The notes under the pieces were generated by a model that searched no databases, was not told where the DNA came from, and was given only the letters and a program-made list of their open reading frames with translations. Shown here piece after piece: positions 18,229 to 28,047 of a stretch of 64,000 nucleotides of DNA. A program made the position numbers and the translations under genes. The stretch comes from Lachnospiraceae bacterium (GTDB lineage Bacteria > Bacillota > Clostridia > Lachnospirales > Lachnospiraceae): contig BLMC01000001.1 of NCBI GenBank assembly GCA_011959805.1, positions 52,968 through 116,967 on the forward strand, in the 5' to 3' direction. How positions within the stretch are numbered: position 1 is the first letter of the stretch; each line of letters begins with the position of its first letter.

Positions 18229-19059
18229 ATGCGAGAAGAGATTAGAACAATTCTTGCTCAATATGCAGAAGAACAATATAAAGAATTTTCAGCAGGATTA
18301 ATTCCTGGGGCGAAACCCTTGATGGGAGTTCGTCTTCCGCAGATGAGAAAACTTGCAAAAAGCATTGTAAATGATAAAAAGAACAAATCAAGGTGGCGGG
18401 ATGAGACTGCCACCTTTGATGGTGTCTATAAGGATTTATTTTTTGAGGAGACTATGCTTCGGGGAATGCTTATCGGCTACGGAACAGCAAAAAAAGAGGT
18501 CTCTTGTGAGGAGGGGCTAATCTATCTCAAAGCTTTTATCCCACAGATTGATAATTGGGCTGTGTGTGACAGTTTTTGTAATTCCTTTGCCTTTGCAAAT
18601 AGGTATCGGGAAGATGTCTGGGATTTTTTGCAGTCCTATTTGTATTCAGAACAGGAATTTGAGGTTCGAGTGGCTTTGATTTTACTTTTAAGCCAATACT
18701 TAAAATACGATATAAATAACAATAAAATTTCGAGAAACAGAAATATAAGTATGGTGGATATTGTGCCGACACAGGCAAATATGGTGCGTTCTAAACAAAC
18801 CAAAAAACAGTATCCTTATCTGGAAAAGATACTTATGGTATTAAATAGAGCATTTTCTCAGGGGTATTATGCACAGATGGCAGCAGCGTGGCTGACTGCT
18901 GAAACTTTTGTATGTTTTCCATATGAAACTGGACAGATGCTTGCGGGTGCGTGCCAGATGGACCGATGGACTTATAATAAAACACTACAGAAGATACGGG
19001 AATCTTTGAATCCTGACAAGGAAGTGAAGGAATATGTGAAAAGTCTTAAAAGGGGATGA
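18229..19059 (+). CDS. DNA alkylation repair (AlkD-like) protein
   Basis: GVRLPQMRKLAK, IDNWAVCDSF, EFEVR, YYAQMAAAW, TYNKTLQKIRES. Confidence 0.8.
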   Translation: MREEIRTILAQYAEEQYKEFSAGLIPGAKPLMGVRLPQMRKLAKSIVNDKKNKSRWRDETATFDGVYKDLFFEETMLRGMLIGYGTAKKEVSCEEGLIYLKAFIPQIDNWAVCDSFCNSFAFANRYREDVWDFLQSYLYSEQEFEVRVALILLLSQYLKYDINNNKISRNRNISMVDIVPTQANMVRSKQTKKQYPYLEKILMVLNRAFSQGYYAQMAAAWLTAETFVCFPYETGQMLAGACQMDRWTYNKTLQKIRESLNPDKEVKEYVKSLKRG

Positions 19060-19107
19060 CAAATCCTAAAATAAATGGTAAAATTTTTGAGAGATTGGAG
19101 GAACCGT

Positions 19108-19464
19108 ATGAGTAATTTTAAGGAAAATCTGTATGAGAAAAAAAGTTTTATTTATCAGATTGGTGAGGAGTATTATGCAATCGGTGCCAATACATTTGCC
19201 AAAGTGACAAAAACGCAAGAACTTGACAACATGGAGCTGTTTCAAAATGCGCTGAAAAAAAAGAATGACAGACAAATTGCAAAGTATATGGATAAACTTA
19301 TGCGCATTGCCAATTCTTATCGTGTGGATGCAAGGGAACATTATAAGTTGCAGGAGAAGCTTTTTCAGTTTATAGATGGGCTGGAAACAAAGGATGAACT
19401 AATTTTTCAAAATTTGCAGAGACAGGTTTTTGCCTTTGACGAACTGACAGAAAAATATCAGTGA
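19108..19464 (+). CDS. Hypothetical protein
   Basis: GGAGG RBS before ATG 19108; 118 aa. Confidence 0.6.
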   Translation: MSNFKENLYEKKSFIYQIGEEYYAIGANTFAKVTKTQELDNMELFQNALKKKNDRQIAKYMDKLMRIANSYRVDAREHYKLQEKLFQFIDGLETKDELIFQNLQRQVFAFDELTEKYQ

Positions 19465-19475
19465 TATTGTTTTGG

Positions 19476-19587
19476 AAGTAATAGTTCAGCCTAGGAATAT
19501 GCAGTAGTTGAGATGCATCAAGCCACCATAAGTGGTTTTGCATGGCTTGATGCCTGTAACAGGAAGCCGAAGGCTGAACTGTTACTT
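19476..19587. repeat. REP-like palindromic element with GTAAYAGTTCAG...CTGAACTGTTAC ends (family C)
   Basis: 17-bp terminal inverted repeat with 1 mismatch enclosing an 11-bp stem GCATCAAGCCA/TGGCTTGATGC. Confidence 0.7.
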
Positions 19588-19695
19588 TTGGAAATTTTTT
19601 CGTGATGGAATAACTTGAAATAACATAGGATATTTGGTAAAATAATTTAGATCCGTAAATTGCAGAAAGAGATAGGACAGGCAGCAAGTGTAATA

Positions 19696-21183
19696 ATGAG
19701 GTATTTTATAAAGCATTCTATCAAGCAGGAAATTGCCTTGATTTTTATTGCGGTTATGGTTGGAACCGTTATCCTCTGCTGGATTATTAACAACAGTTTC
19801 CTGGAAAATTTTTATATACAGAACAAGAAGAATGCCATCAAGGATGCGTATTCCAGAATTAATGAAGTGGTGACAATCGGGGATGTTTCGTCGGAAGCGT
19901 TCGATGTTGAGCTGCGCAAAATCTGTGACATGTATAATATCAGTTTGTTGGTGATTGATGCTGGTTCCAACATTGTCAAATCCAGTACAAGAGATGTCAA
20001 CAAGCTGTTGCGCAGACTGTATGATAATTTTTTTAATCCTGATAAAGATTTTATTCATCTTGATGAAAATGATAAATATTATCTGGCCACGGCGATGGAT
20101 AAGTCCACGAATACCGAATATTTGGAGATGTGGGGCATTCTCAACAATGGAAATTTGTTTTTGATTCGTTCTCCGCTTGAAAGTATACGAGACAGTGTGA
20201 AACTGTCCAATCAATTTTTGGCGTATGTAGGAATTACAGCGACCGTGATTAGTGCAGTGCTGATTTGGTTTGTTACAACAAGAGTGACAAGACCCATTAT
20301 GGAACTGAAAAATATCTCGGAAGAGATGACAAAACTAAATTTTGAGACAAAGTATGAAAGTCGCGGACAGAATGAAATTGACTTGCTTGGAGAGCATATC
20401 AATGCTCTTTCTGCTACTTTAGAGAAGACAATCTCTGAACTAAAAACTGCGAACAATGAATTATTGCGAGATATTGAACAAAAAGAGCAGATTGACGAGA
20501 TGCGAAAAGAATTTCTGTCCAATGTTTCCCACGAGCTAAAAACGCCCATTGCATTGATACAAGGATATGCAGAAGGGCTGAAAGAATGTATCAATGATGA
20601 CATGGAAAGCAGAGATTTTTATTGTGATGTCATTATGGACGAAGCAGGAAAAATGAATACTATGGTGAGGAAACTGCTCGATTTGAATCAGCTTGAATCA
20701 GGGAACGATGTAATCACGATGGAGCGTTTTGACATTACAGCACTGATAAGAAATTTTATTGTGTCCGCAGATATTTTAGTCAGCCAGAACGGAGTGCATT
20801 TGCGGGTAGATGATTCTGTGCCAATTTATGTGTGGGCAGATGAGTTTAAAACGGAAGAGATTGTGAGAAATTTTTTTAGTAATGCGATAAATCATGTCAA
20901 TGGAGAGAAAATTATAGAAATTAAATATAGGCTGATCGAGGAAGAAAATAATAGTAGAGTGCGAATCAGTATATTTAATACAGGAGAACCGATACCAGAG
21001 GAATCGTTGCCGCATATTTGGGAGAAATTTTACAAAGTAGATAAGGCAAGAACACGAGCGTATGGCGGCAGTGGAGTCGGATTATCTATCGTAAAGGCGA
21101 TTATGGAATCTATGAATCAACAATATGGCGTTATCAATTATACCAACGGTGTAGAGTTTTGGTTTGAACTCGAAACCAAATAA
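19696..21183 (+). CDS. Membrane sensor histidine kinase (HAMP-HisKA-HATPase)
   Basis: Two TM segments, HAMP, H-box SHELKTPI, N-box NFFSNAI, FYKVDKARTRAYGGSGVGLSI. Confidence 0.92.
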   Translation: MRYFIKHSIKQEIALIFIAVMVGTVILCWIINNSFLENFYIQNKKNAIKDAYSRINEVVTIGDVSSEAFDVELRKICDMYNISLLVIDAGSNIVKSSTRDVNKLLRRLYDNFFNPDKDFIHLDENDKYYLATAMDKSTNTEYLEMWGILNNGNLFLIRSPLESIRDSVKLSNQFLAYVGITATVISAVLIWFVTTRVTRPIMELKNISEEMTKLNFETKYESRGQNEIDLLGEHINALSATLEKTISELKTANNELLRDIEQKEQIDEMRKEFLSNVSHELKTPIALIQGYAEGLKECINDDMESRDFYCDVIMDEAGKMNTMVRKLLDLNQLESGNDVITMERFDITALIRNFIVSADILVSQNGVHLRVDDSVPIYVWADEFKTEEIVRNFFSNAINHVNGEKIIEIKYRLIEEENNSRVRISIFNTGEPIPEESLPHIWEKFYKVDKARTRAYGGSGVGLSIVKAIMESMNQQYGVINYTNGVEFWFELETK

Positions 21184-21197
21184 ATGGAGGTGTTTGT

Positions 21198-21956
21198 TTG
21201 AAGAAGGGGAAAGTGTTAGGGCTAATTGCAATATCTGCAATGCTACTAACAGGATGCGTGGATGCTATGCCAGAGCTAACAGCAGAGCAGTCAGATATTA
21301 TTGCGGAATATGCAGCTGGGCTGTTGCTGAAATATTCACCCAGATATCAATATAGAATTGTGAGTGAGGAAGAGTTGGCTGCAGCAGTTACAGTCGAACA
21401 GGAAGTTTCAGAGCCAGAAACAGAATTAGATTCTGAGTCAGAACCAATACAAGTTTCAACTGAAAATACGCAAGAGGTATCATCAGAAGATATGCCAGTG
21501 GACCAGGAGAAAGAAACTGTGCAGGTCCAGCCGGCAGAAGATGTTGACTTTGCAGCGGAATTGGGTATCGATGATGTGATTATTCGATACCAGTCTTTTG
21601 AAGTGTGTAGCTCATATCCTCAAGATAGCACTGGATATAGCGTAGACGCTGCCAAAGATAAAAAATTACTGATATTGCATTTTGATGTGGAAGGTCTGCC
21701 AGAGCAAGATGTAAATTGCAATTTTTTTGACTATGATTTAAAAATGCGTGTAACTGTCAATGACACAGTTTCTGCGTCGGCACTCAATGCAATGCTTCCC
21801 AATAATCTTATCACCTATATTGATGTGGTGAGTGCAGGGGAGACAGTCGATGTAGTGGCAGTGGCAGAAATTAATGATTTGACGGAGGCTGAGATACAGT
21901 CTCTTGTATTGCAGACATCGGGAAATGGCAATACATGTACAGCAAAACTAAAATAA
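21198..21956 (+). CDS. Hypothetical lipoprotein
   Basis: GGAGGTG RBS, TTG start, lipobox LLTGC, acidic linker. Confidence 0.7.
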   Translation: MKKGKVLGLIAISAMLLTGCVDAMPELTAEQSDIIAEYAAGLLLKYSPRYQYRIVSEEELAAAVTVEQEVSEPETELDSESEPIQVSTENTQEVSSEDMPVDQEKETVQVQPAEDVDFAAELGIDDVIIRYQSFEVCSSYPQDSTGYSVDAAKDKKLLILHFDVEGLPEQDVNCNFFDYDLKMRVTVNDTVSASALNAMLPNNLITYIDVVSAGETVDVVAVAEINDLTEAEIQSLVLQTSGNGNTCTAKLK

Positions 21957-22134
21957 TGAGACCATAAAACCTGTAACAGAGAAAACAGCGATAAACTGTT
22001 ACAAAATATGAAAAATTTTCTGAAAATATTTGTAATTAATCTCATATATATGTTATAATTGATGACAGATACATACTCTGCAGGGCAGTGATAAAAGATA
22101 TTAGCATAAATATCTTGTAGAATGGAGGTTTAAT

Positions 22135-23031
22135 ATGGAGACTAAGATTCTCTTAGAGAACGGAACAAATGAGTTGGAAGTATTGGAATTTGTGGTGGAT
22201 GGAAATTCCTATGGTATTAATGTGGCAAAGATTAGAGAGATTATTCCTTATTCGCCCGTGACACCTGTGCCAAATGCGCATCCAAGCGTGGAAGGGATTT
22301 TTATGCCACGTGATGCAATGATCACAGCGATTGACTTGCGAAATTGTTTGCAGCGCGGACAATCTCAGCCGGGGGGTTTATTTATTATCACAAGTTTTAA
22401 TAAACTTGATATTGCGTTTCATGTTGATTCCGTGATTGGTATCCATAGGGTTTCATGGGTTGATATTATTAAACCAGGCGCTACAGTGACAACTGCGGAG
22501 GACGGCATCTCTACAGGTATCATTAAAATTGATGGCAAATTAATTATTATTCTCGATTTTGAGAAGATTATTACAGATATTAATCCTGAGACAGGACTAA
22601 AGGTAACAGAGATTGAAGCGTTAGGTGAACGAGAGGGCATAGAAGTGCCAATTTTGATTGCGGAGGATTCATCACTTCTTCGTAAGCTTATCATCGATTC
22701 GCTTAAGAAAGCTGGGTATGATAATATTATCAAGGCTGAGAATGGTGAAGAAGCATGGGAGTACATAGTAAAATGCCGGGATGCAGGAACACTGGACCGG
22801 GATGTGCATCTTTTGATTACGGATATCGAGATGCCGCTTATGGATGGACATCGCTTGACAAAGCTTGTGAAATCAGATGATGCAACGAAACATATACCGG
22901 TGATCATTTTCTCTTCTCTTGTCAATGAGGAAATGAGAAGAAAGGGTGAAGATCTGGGTGCAGATGCACAGCTGTCAAAACCTGAAATTGGAAATCTTGT
23001 GAAAGTAATTGATCAGTTGCTTGCAAGATAG
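22135..23031 (+). CDS. cheV: Chemotaxis coupling protein CheV (CheW + receiver)
   Basis: GTNELEVLEF, YGINVAKIREI, ILIAEDS, LITDIEMPLMDGHRLTK, GADAQLSKP. Confidence 0.95.
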   Translation: METKILLENGTNELEVLEFVVDGNSYGINVAKIREIIPYSPVTPVPNAHPSVEGIFMPRDAMITAIDLRNCLQRGQSQPGGLFIITSFNKLDIAFHVDSVIGIHRVSWVDIIKPGATVTTAEDGISTGIIKIDGKLIIILDFEKIITDINPETGLKVTEIEALGEREGIEVPILIAEDSSLLRKLIIDSLKKAGYDNIIKAENGEEAWEYIVKCRDAGTLDRDVHLLITDIEMPLMDGHRLTKLVKSDDATKHIPVIIFSSLVNEEMRRKGEDLGADAQLSKPEIGNLVKVIDQLLAR

Positions 23032-23035
23032 AAAG

Positions 23036-23066
23036 GATAGAGCCGGGATTTATGCCCGGCTCTATC
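23036..23066 (+). terminator. Strong hairpin after cheV without a U-tail (mRNA stabiliser or weak terminator)
   Basis: GATAGAGCCGGG-ATTTATG-CCCGGCTCTATC. Confidence 0.6.
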
Positions 23067-23080
23067 AGTGAGGAGATCAC

Positions 23081-23914
23081 ATGGAAAGAGCAGAACTCAT
23101 TGAAAAACAAAAAAAGTTAGAAGCATGTATTGCAGATGCAGATATGGTGCTTGTAGGTGTGGGTGAGGAGTTTAATGAAAGTTTTGGAGATATTGGCAGT
23201 TTTCCCCACCTAATGTCTGCGCTGGAAGAGGTGGATATTGACCAGACATTGGAATGGATAGTGCCATTTTTGGAACATCGATTTTTGATGGAGCACAAAG
23301 AAGGTAGATTAATCAGTGCATACAGAAAATTGTATGCACTGATTCAAAATAAAAACTATTTTGTAATCACAACCTGTATTGATGAAAATATTAAAAAAGT
23401 GGCGTTTGACACAGAGCGGTTGGTGGAGCCTTGCGGAAATTATGAGATGCTTCAGTGTAGTGCAAAATGTTGTAGTGAACTGTATTCTTCCAAAGATTTT
23501 TCCAATTTGGTTCATCAAGCAATTATGGATAAGGTAGGTTTGGATTCTCTTGAGGTTCCTACATGCCCTATTTGTGGTAAGGCATTGGCTTACAATAATA
23601 TATTATGCGAACAGAATTATGTAGAAGATGGCTACCAAAAGCAGTGGGAGAAATATACAAAGTGGCTGCAAGGAACTTTGAATAAAAAATTATGTATTCT
23701 TGAGCTTGGTGTAGAATTAAATCTGCCCAATATTATTAGATGGCCATTTGAAAAAGTAGCATTTTATAATCAAAAGGCAAGTTTTTTTAGAGTGAATGAA
23801 TCATTGTATCAAATGACAGAGAATCTGAGCGGCAAAGGTATTAGTATCGATAGGAATGCAGTAGATTTTTTGCTGGAATGTAGTTCGTTAAAATACGGAG
23901 GGGAATTGTCATGA
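23081..23914 (+). CDS. SirTM-like (class M) sirtuin homologue with degenerate NAD-binding motifs
   Basis: ADMVLVGVG, YFVITT, LQCSAKC..CPICG zinc site, ILELGV..PNIIRWPF follow the SirTM layout. Confidence 0.75.
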   Translation: MERAELIEKQKKLEACIADADMVLVGVGEEFNESFGDIGSFPHLMSALEEVDIDQTLEWIVPFLEHRFLMEHKEGRLISAYRKLYALIQNKNYFVITTCIDENIKKVAFDTERLVEPCGNYEMLQCSAKCCSELYSSKDFSNLVHQAIMDKVGLDSLEVPTCPICGKALAYNNILCEQNYVEDGYQKQWEKYTKWLQGTLNKKLCILELGVELNLPNIIRWPFEKVAFYNQKASFFRVNESLYQMTENLSGKGISIDRNAVDFLLECSSLKYGGELS

Positions 23915-26376
23915 GTTCAGAGGAAAGTTACTTGGATAGTCTGTTGAATAACATTTTGAATCCTGAGGTAGCAGAACCCAAAAAAGAACAATTACAGATA
24001 GATACTGCTGCAGAAGATCAGGTTATGCAAGAATCAGAACTAGAAAAAATGGAATCTGTTACAGAGAATCTACAAATATCAGATACGGACAGGATATCGT
24101 TTGATTTATCAGGAAATTTGGCGGATGAAAATGTTGCTGAATCGGCAGATACAACAGAAACATTGATTCTGAAAAATGTGACAGATTCTTTAGAGGATAC
24201 ATTGTTTCCAGAAGAAGAGACAAGGACTTTAGAAGAATTATTAAAATCAGAAGAAATACCAGAGGAGCCTTTAATATTAGAGGAGATACCAGAAGTATCG
24301 GAGGAACCTTTAATATTAGAGGAGATACCAGAAGTATCAGAGGAACCTTTAATATTAGAGGAGATACCAGAGATGTCGGAGGAGCCTTTAATATTGGAGG
24401 AGATACCAGAAGTATCGGAGGAACCTTTAATATTAGAGGAGATACCAGAGGTGTCGGAGGAACCTTTAATATTAGAGGAGATACCAGAAGTATCGGAGGA
24501 ATCCTTAATACCAGAGGAAATGGCAGAGATACCAGAGGAACCCTTAATATTAGAGGAGATACCAGAAATATTAGAGGAAATAGCACCACTTCCAGAGGAA
24601 CTATCAGAATTGGATTTGGCAGCAGATAGTATAGATACAGAATTTGCTGAATTAATGGATACATCAAAAGAGGTGATAGTTGAGGAAGAAACACCTAGTA
24701 CAGAATTACCTATCATGGAAGAAAAGAATACTCTTGAGACGCAACAGCCTGATATAAACAGCTTTGTTACAGAAGAAGTAGTGGCAATGAATGGAGAAGA
24801 ATCTGCCCTGATAGAAACGGGGGCATCGGATTCTGGAGGAGAATTTAATTTGGAGGATAAAGAGATGCCGGGGCCAGATGATGATTTTAAATTAGAAGAT
24901 ATAGAAATTCCTGAATTGTCCGATCTGGGAGTTTTTCAGGATAGTGAGTTGAATATAGATGGACTAGAAAATGCAATTCAATCAGAGACAGAACTTGAGA
25001 TGGCGGGAGAACTAAACATTGATGAACTTGGGCTTGACAATGAAGATTTGACGATGCCAATAACAGATTTTAACATCTCTGATTTTGAGCTGGCTGATTT
25101 AGAAATGCAAGATACCGAACTGTTAAGTGATTCTACAAAAGATTTAGATATTGAAATTCCAGACATTTCAGATGAAACGAATCCTTCTGATGTAATTGCT
25201 ACCAATGAGAGTGATAGTTCTATCAATATGGATGATAATCTGGAAGATGTACTCAACATGCTTGATGATGATGCAGAACTTGCAGAAATCAATGATATGC
25301 TCAAGAAGTCAGACAACAATGAACCGATACAGGATGATATGATGGATTTGCTAAATCAGATGGCTGATGACGAAGCAGCATCTGTCAATGCAGGACTTGG
25401 CCATACCGATGAGGATGACGGCGGAGTACCACTTCCAACGATTCCGCAGTCTGTGTTGGAGGAGGCAAAAGCAGAAGAAAAAATAGAGAGTGATGAGAGC
25501 AAAAAAGCAAAAAAAGGATCTGCAAAAAAGAAAAAGAAGGGTAATGAGGCAGAAGACGCAGAAATAGTGAGCACAAAAGAGCCCGGAAAATTGGCTAAGT
25601 TCTTTAATATGTTGACAGAAGAGCTTGTGCCAGAACCAACTGAGGAAGAACTTGCTGCTGAGAAAGAGGCAAAGAAAACTAAAAAGCAGGAAGAACTTAC
25701 AAAGAAGGAAGAAGAAAAGCTTGCAAAACAGGAGGAAAAGCAGGCTAAAGCAGAAGAAAAAGCTGCTGCAAAGAAAGCAAAACAGGAAGAAGCAGCAAAA
25801 AAGAAGCAGGAAAAGAAGGCTCAAAAAGAGGCGAAGAAGGCAAAACAAGCGGCAAATGGCGTAGACAAGCGCATCCCGCCAAAAAAACTTGCTGCAGTTG
25901 TTGCATTTGGGCTTTCTGTAGGCGGGGCAGTGATTATTTCTACGAATGTTCTCTCAACACAAGGTTTTCTTCAGACAGCGCGAAATGCATATTATGAAGG
26001 GGATTATAAGACAGTATATCAAGCAACTTATGGTATGAATCTTGATGGAACAAACTCTGACAATTTGATTAGAGAGAAGAGTAAAATCATATATAAAATG
26101 CAAAGAAAGTATGATTCTTATGAAAATAATCTAAAAATGGGGCGCGAACTGGAAGCGCTAGATGCGTTGCTTCAGGGACTTGTGGTCTATGATACTGTCA
26201 ACGCAGATGCGCAAATGTATGAAGTGACAGCGGAGATTGATGAGATTAAATCGACTATTTGCAGTATTCTTGAGACAAAATATCATCTTGATGAGACGCA
26301 GGCAAGGGAATTGCTTCGCAATGAAGATGCGTTGGCATACACGGTTGCATTAAATAATGTCATAACACAGAATTAA
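23911..26376 (+). CDS. Large acidic low-complexity membrane protein with 13-aa tandem repeats
   Basis: 821 aa; E/D-rich N-terminal ~520 aa, K/E/A-rich coil, one TM (LAAVVAFGLSVGGAVIIST), helical C-terminal domain; ATGA overlap with the upstream gene. Confidence 0.8.
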   Translation: MSSEESYLDSLLNNILNPEVAEPKKEQLQIDTAAEDQVMQESELEKMESVTENLQISDTDRISFDLSGNLADENVAESADTTETLILKNVTDSLEDTLFPEEETRTLEELLKSEEIPEEPLILEEIPEVSEEPLILEEIPEVSEEPLILEEIPEMSEEPLILEEIPEVSEEPLILEEIPEVSEEPLILEEIPEVSEESLIPEEMAEIPEEPLILEEIPEILEEIAPLPEELSELDLAADSIDTEFAELMDTSKEVIVEEETPSTELPIMEEKNTLETQQPDINSFVTEEVVAMNGEESALIETGASDSGGEFNLEDKEMPGPDDDFKLEDIEIPELSDLGVFQDSELNIDGLENAIQSETELEMAGELNIDELGLDNEDLTMPITDFNISDFELADLEMQDTELLSDSTKDLDIEIPDISDETNPSDVIATNESDSSINMDDNLEDVLNMLDDDAELAEINDMLKKSDNNEPIQDDMMDLLNQMADDEAASVNAGLGHTDEDDGGVPLPTIPQSVLEEAKAEEKIESDESKKAKKGSAKKKKKGNEAEDAEIVSTKEPGKLAKFFNMLTEELVPEPTEEELAAEKEAKKTKKQEELTKKEEEKLAKQEEKQAKAEEKAAAKKAKQEEAAKKKQEKKAQKEAKKAKQAANGVDKRIPPKKLAAVVAFGLSVGGAVIISTNVLSTQGFLQTARNAYYEGDYKTVYQATYGMNLDGTNSDNLIREKSKIIYKMQRKYDSYENNLKMGRELEALDALLQGLVVYDTVNADAQMYEVTAEIDEIKSTICSILETKYHLDETQARELLRNEDALAYTVALNNVITQN
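24262..24573 (+). repeat. In-frame 39-bp tandem repeat x8 (EEPLILEEIPEVS)
   Basis: Units start at 24262, 24301, 24340, 24379, 24418, 24457, 24496 (degenerate) and 24535. Confidence 0.95.
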
Positions 26377-26413
26377 GATATTGCTTTGAGATATTGGAAA
26401 GGCGGAAGTACAG

Positions 26414-27019
26414 ATGATAGCAATAATTGACTATGATGCCGGCAATATTAAGAGTGTCGAGAAGGCATTGACAGCATTGGGGCAAACAGCTGTAATTACA
26501 AGAGACAGAGATATTATATTGCATGCAGACAAGGTGATTCTTCCAGGAGTTGGTGCCTTTGGAGAAGCGATGGAGAGAATTAGAAGTTATGGGTTAGATA
26601 CTCTGATTCAAAAGGTCGTTGCTAAGGAGATTCCTTTTCTAGGAATTTGTCTTGGATTACAGTTGTTGTTTGAGTCTAGTGAGGAGGCACCAGGAATTTC
26701 AGGACTTGGAATATTACATGGAAAAATTAATAAAATTCCTGATAATAAAGGATGGAAAGTGCCACAGATTGGCTGGAACTCCTTAAAATTTCCCAGAAGC
26801 GGAAGACTTTTTCAAGGAATTGCAGAGAATGCCTATGTATATTTTGTGCATTCGTATTATCTTTGTGCAGAGGAAGCAGAAATTGTGACTGCTGAGACAG
26901 AGTATGTGGTTAATATTCATGCATCTGTTGAAAAAGGAAATGTATTTGCTTGCCAGTTTCACCCAGAGAAAAGTTCCGCGGTGGGATTGCATATCCTGAA
27001 AAATTTTGTGACATTGTAA
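26414..27019 (+). CDS. hisH: Imidazole glycerol phosphate synthase, glutaminase subunit
   Basis: [31 protein letters not shown]. Confidence 0.96.
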   Translation: MIAIIDYDAGNIKSVEKALTALGQTAVITRDRDIILHADKVILPGVGAFGEAMERIRSYGLDTLIQKVVAKEIPFLGICLGLQLLFESSEEAPGISGLGILHGKINKIPDNKGWKVPQIGWNSLKFPRSGRLFQGIAENAYVYFVHSYYLCAEEAEIVTAETEYVVNIHASVEKGNVFACQFHPEKSSAVGLHILKNFVTL

Positions 27020-27048
27020 CTGATTATGACAGGAAAATGGGGGAAGTT

Positions 27049-27810
27049 ATGATTACAAAGAGGATTATCCCATGTCTGGATGTGAATGAAGGACGAGTGG
27101 TCAAAGGGGTGAATTTTGTCAATTTAGTTGATGCAGGAGATCCCGTTGAAATCGCTGCAGCATATGATAAAGCTGGTGCGGACGAAGTGGTATTTTTGGA
27201 TATAACAGCATCGTCAGATAATAGGGCAACAAAAGTAGAAATGGTTCGCAGAGTAGCAGAAAAGGTATTTATCCCATTTACAGTTGGGGGAGGAATTAGA
27301 ACTACAGAAGATTTTAAAATGATTCTTCGGGAAGGAGCAGACAAAGTTGCAGTCAACAGTGCTGCAATCATGAATCCAACATTGATTAGTGATGCTGCGG
27401 ATAAGTTTGGGAGTCAGTGTGTTGTCGTTGCGATTGATGCAAAACGGCGTGCTGACCATAGTGGTTGGAATATATATAAAAATGGTGGTCGCATCGACAT
27501 GGGGATTGACGCGGTAGAATGGGCCATAAAAGCAAGCGAACTTGGCGCTGGAGAGATTTTGCTCACAAGTATGGACTGTGATGGAACGAAAAATGGTTAT
27601 GACATTGAACTTACTAAAATGGTTTCTGAAAATGTTTCCATACCAGTGATTGCATCAGGTGGGGCTGGAAAATTAGAACATTTCTACGATGCCTTTGTAG
27701 AAGGAAAGGCGGATGCAGCGTTGGCGGCGTCTCTTTTTCATTTTCGAGAGCTTGAAATTAAAGAAGTGAAGAAATATTTGAAAAATAGAAAGATTTCTGT
27801 ACGAGAGTAA
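27049..27810 (+). CDS. hisF: Imidazole glycerol phosphate synthase, cyclase subunit
   Basis: [43 protein letters not shown]. Confidence 0.97.
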   Translation: MITKRIIPCLDVNEGRVVKGVNFVNLVDAGDPVEIAAAYDKAGADEVVFLDITASSDNRATKVEMVRRVAEKVFIPFTVGGGIRTTEDFKMILREGADKVAVNSAAIMNPTLISDAADKFGSQCVVVAIDAKRRADHSGWNIYKNGGRIDMGIDAVEWAIKASELGAGEILLTSMDCDGTKNGYDIELTKMVSENVSIPVIASGGAGKLEHFYDAFVEGKADAALAASLFHFRELEIKEVKKYLKNRKISVRE

Positions 27811-28047
27811 ATTTTGGTTCCTTTGCAGTTTAGGTTTTTATGCATATGGGTAGTGAAAGAAAGTATGTTGGTTGAAGTTGGCAGATATCCAGCACAAGTA
27901 AGAAAAGAAGAATTTTTTCTACTTTGATTGCTATACTGCAAAGTCCATAAGGATAAAATTATTACAAGTTTTGTGAAAGCAGACCAGAACAAGTTTTTCG
28001 GTTGCTGTATAAAACGTAAACAATACATACGAAAGGAGAAAAAGAAT

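Noticed and set aside
24262-24573. Regular 39-bp repeats as a CRISPR array
   Set aside because: Head-to-tail units with no unique spacers, in frame within a CDS, and no cas genes.
24018-25848. Long antisense ORFs opposite the acidic protein
   Set aside because: Shadow frames produced by low-complexity, repetitive coding sequence.
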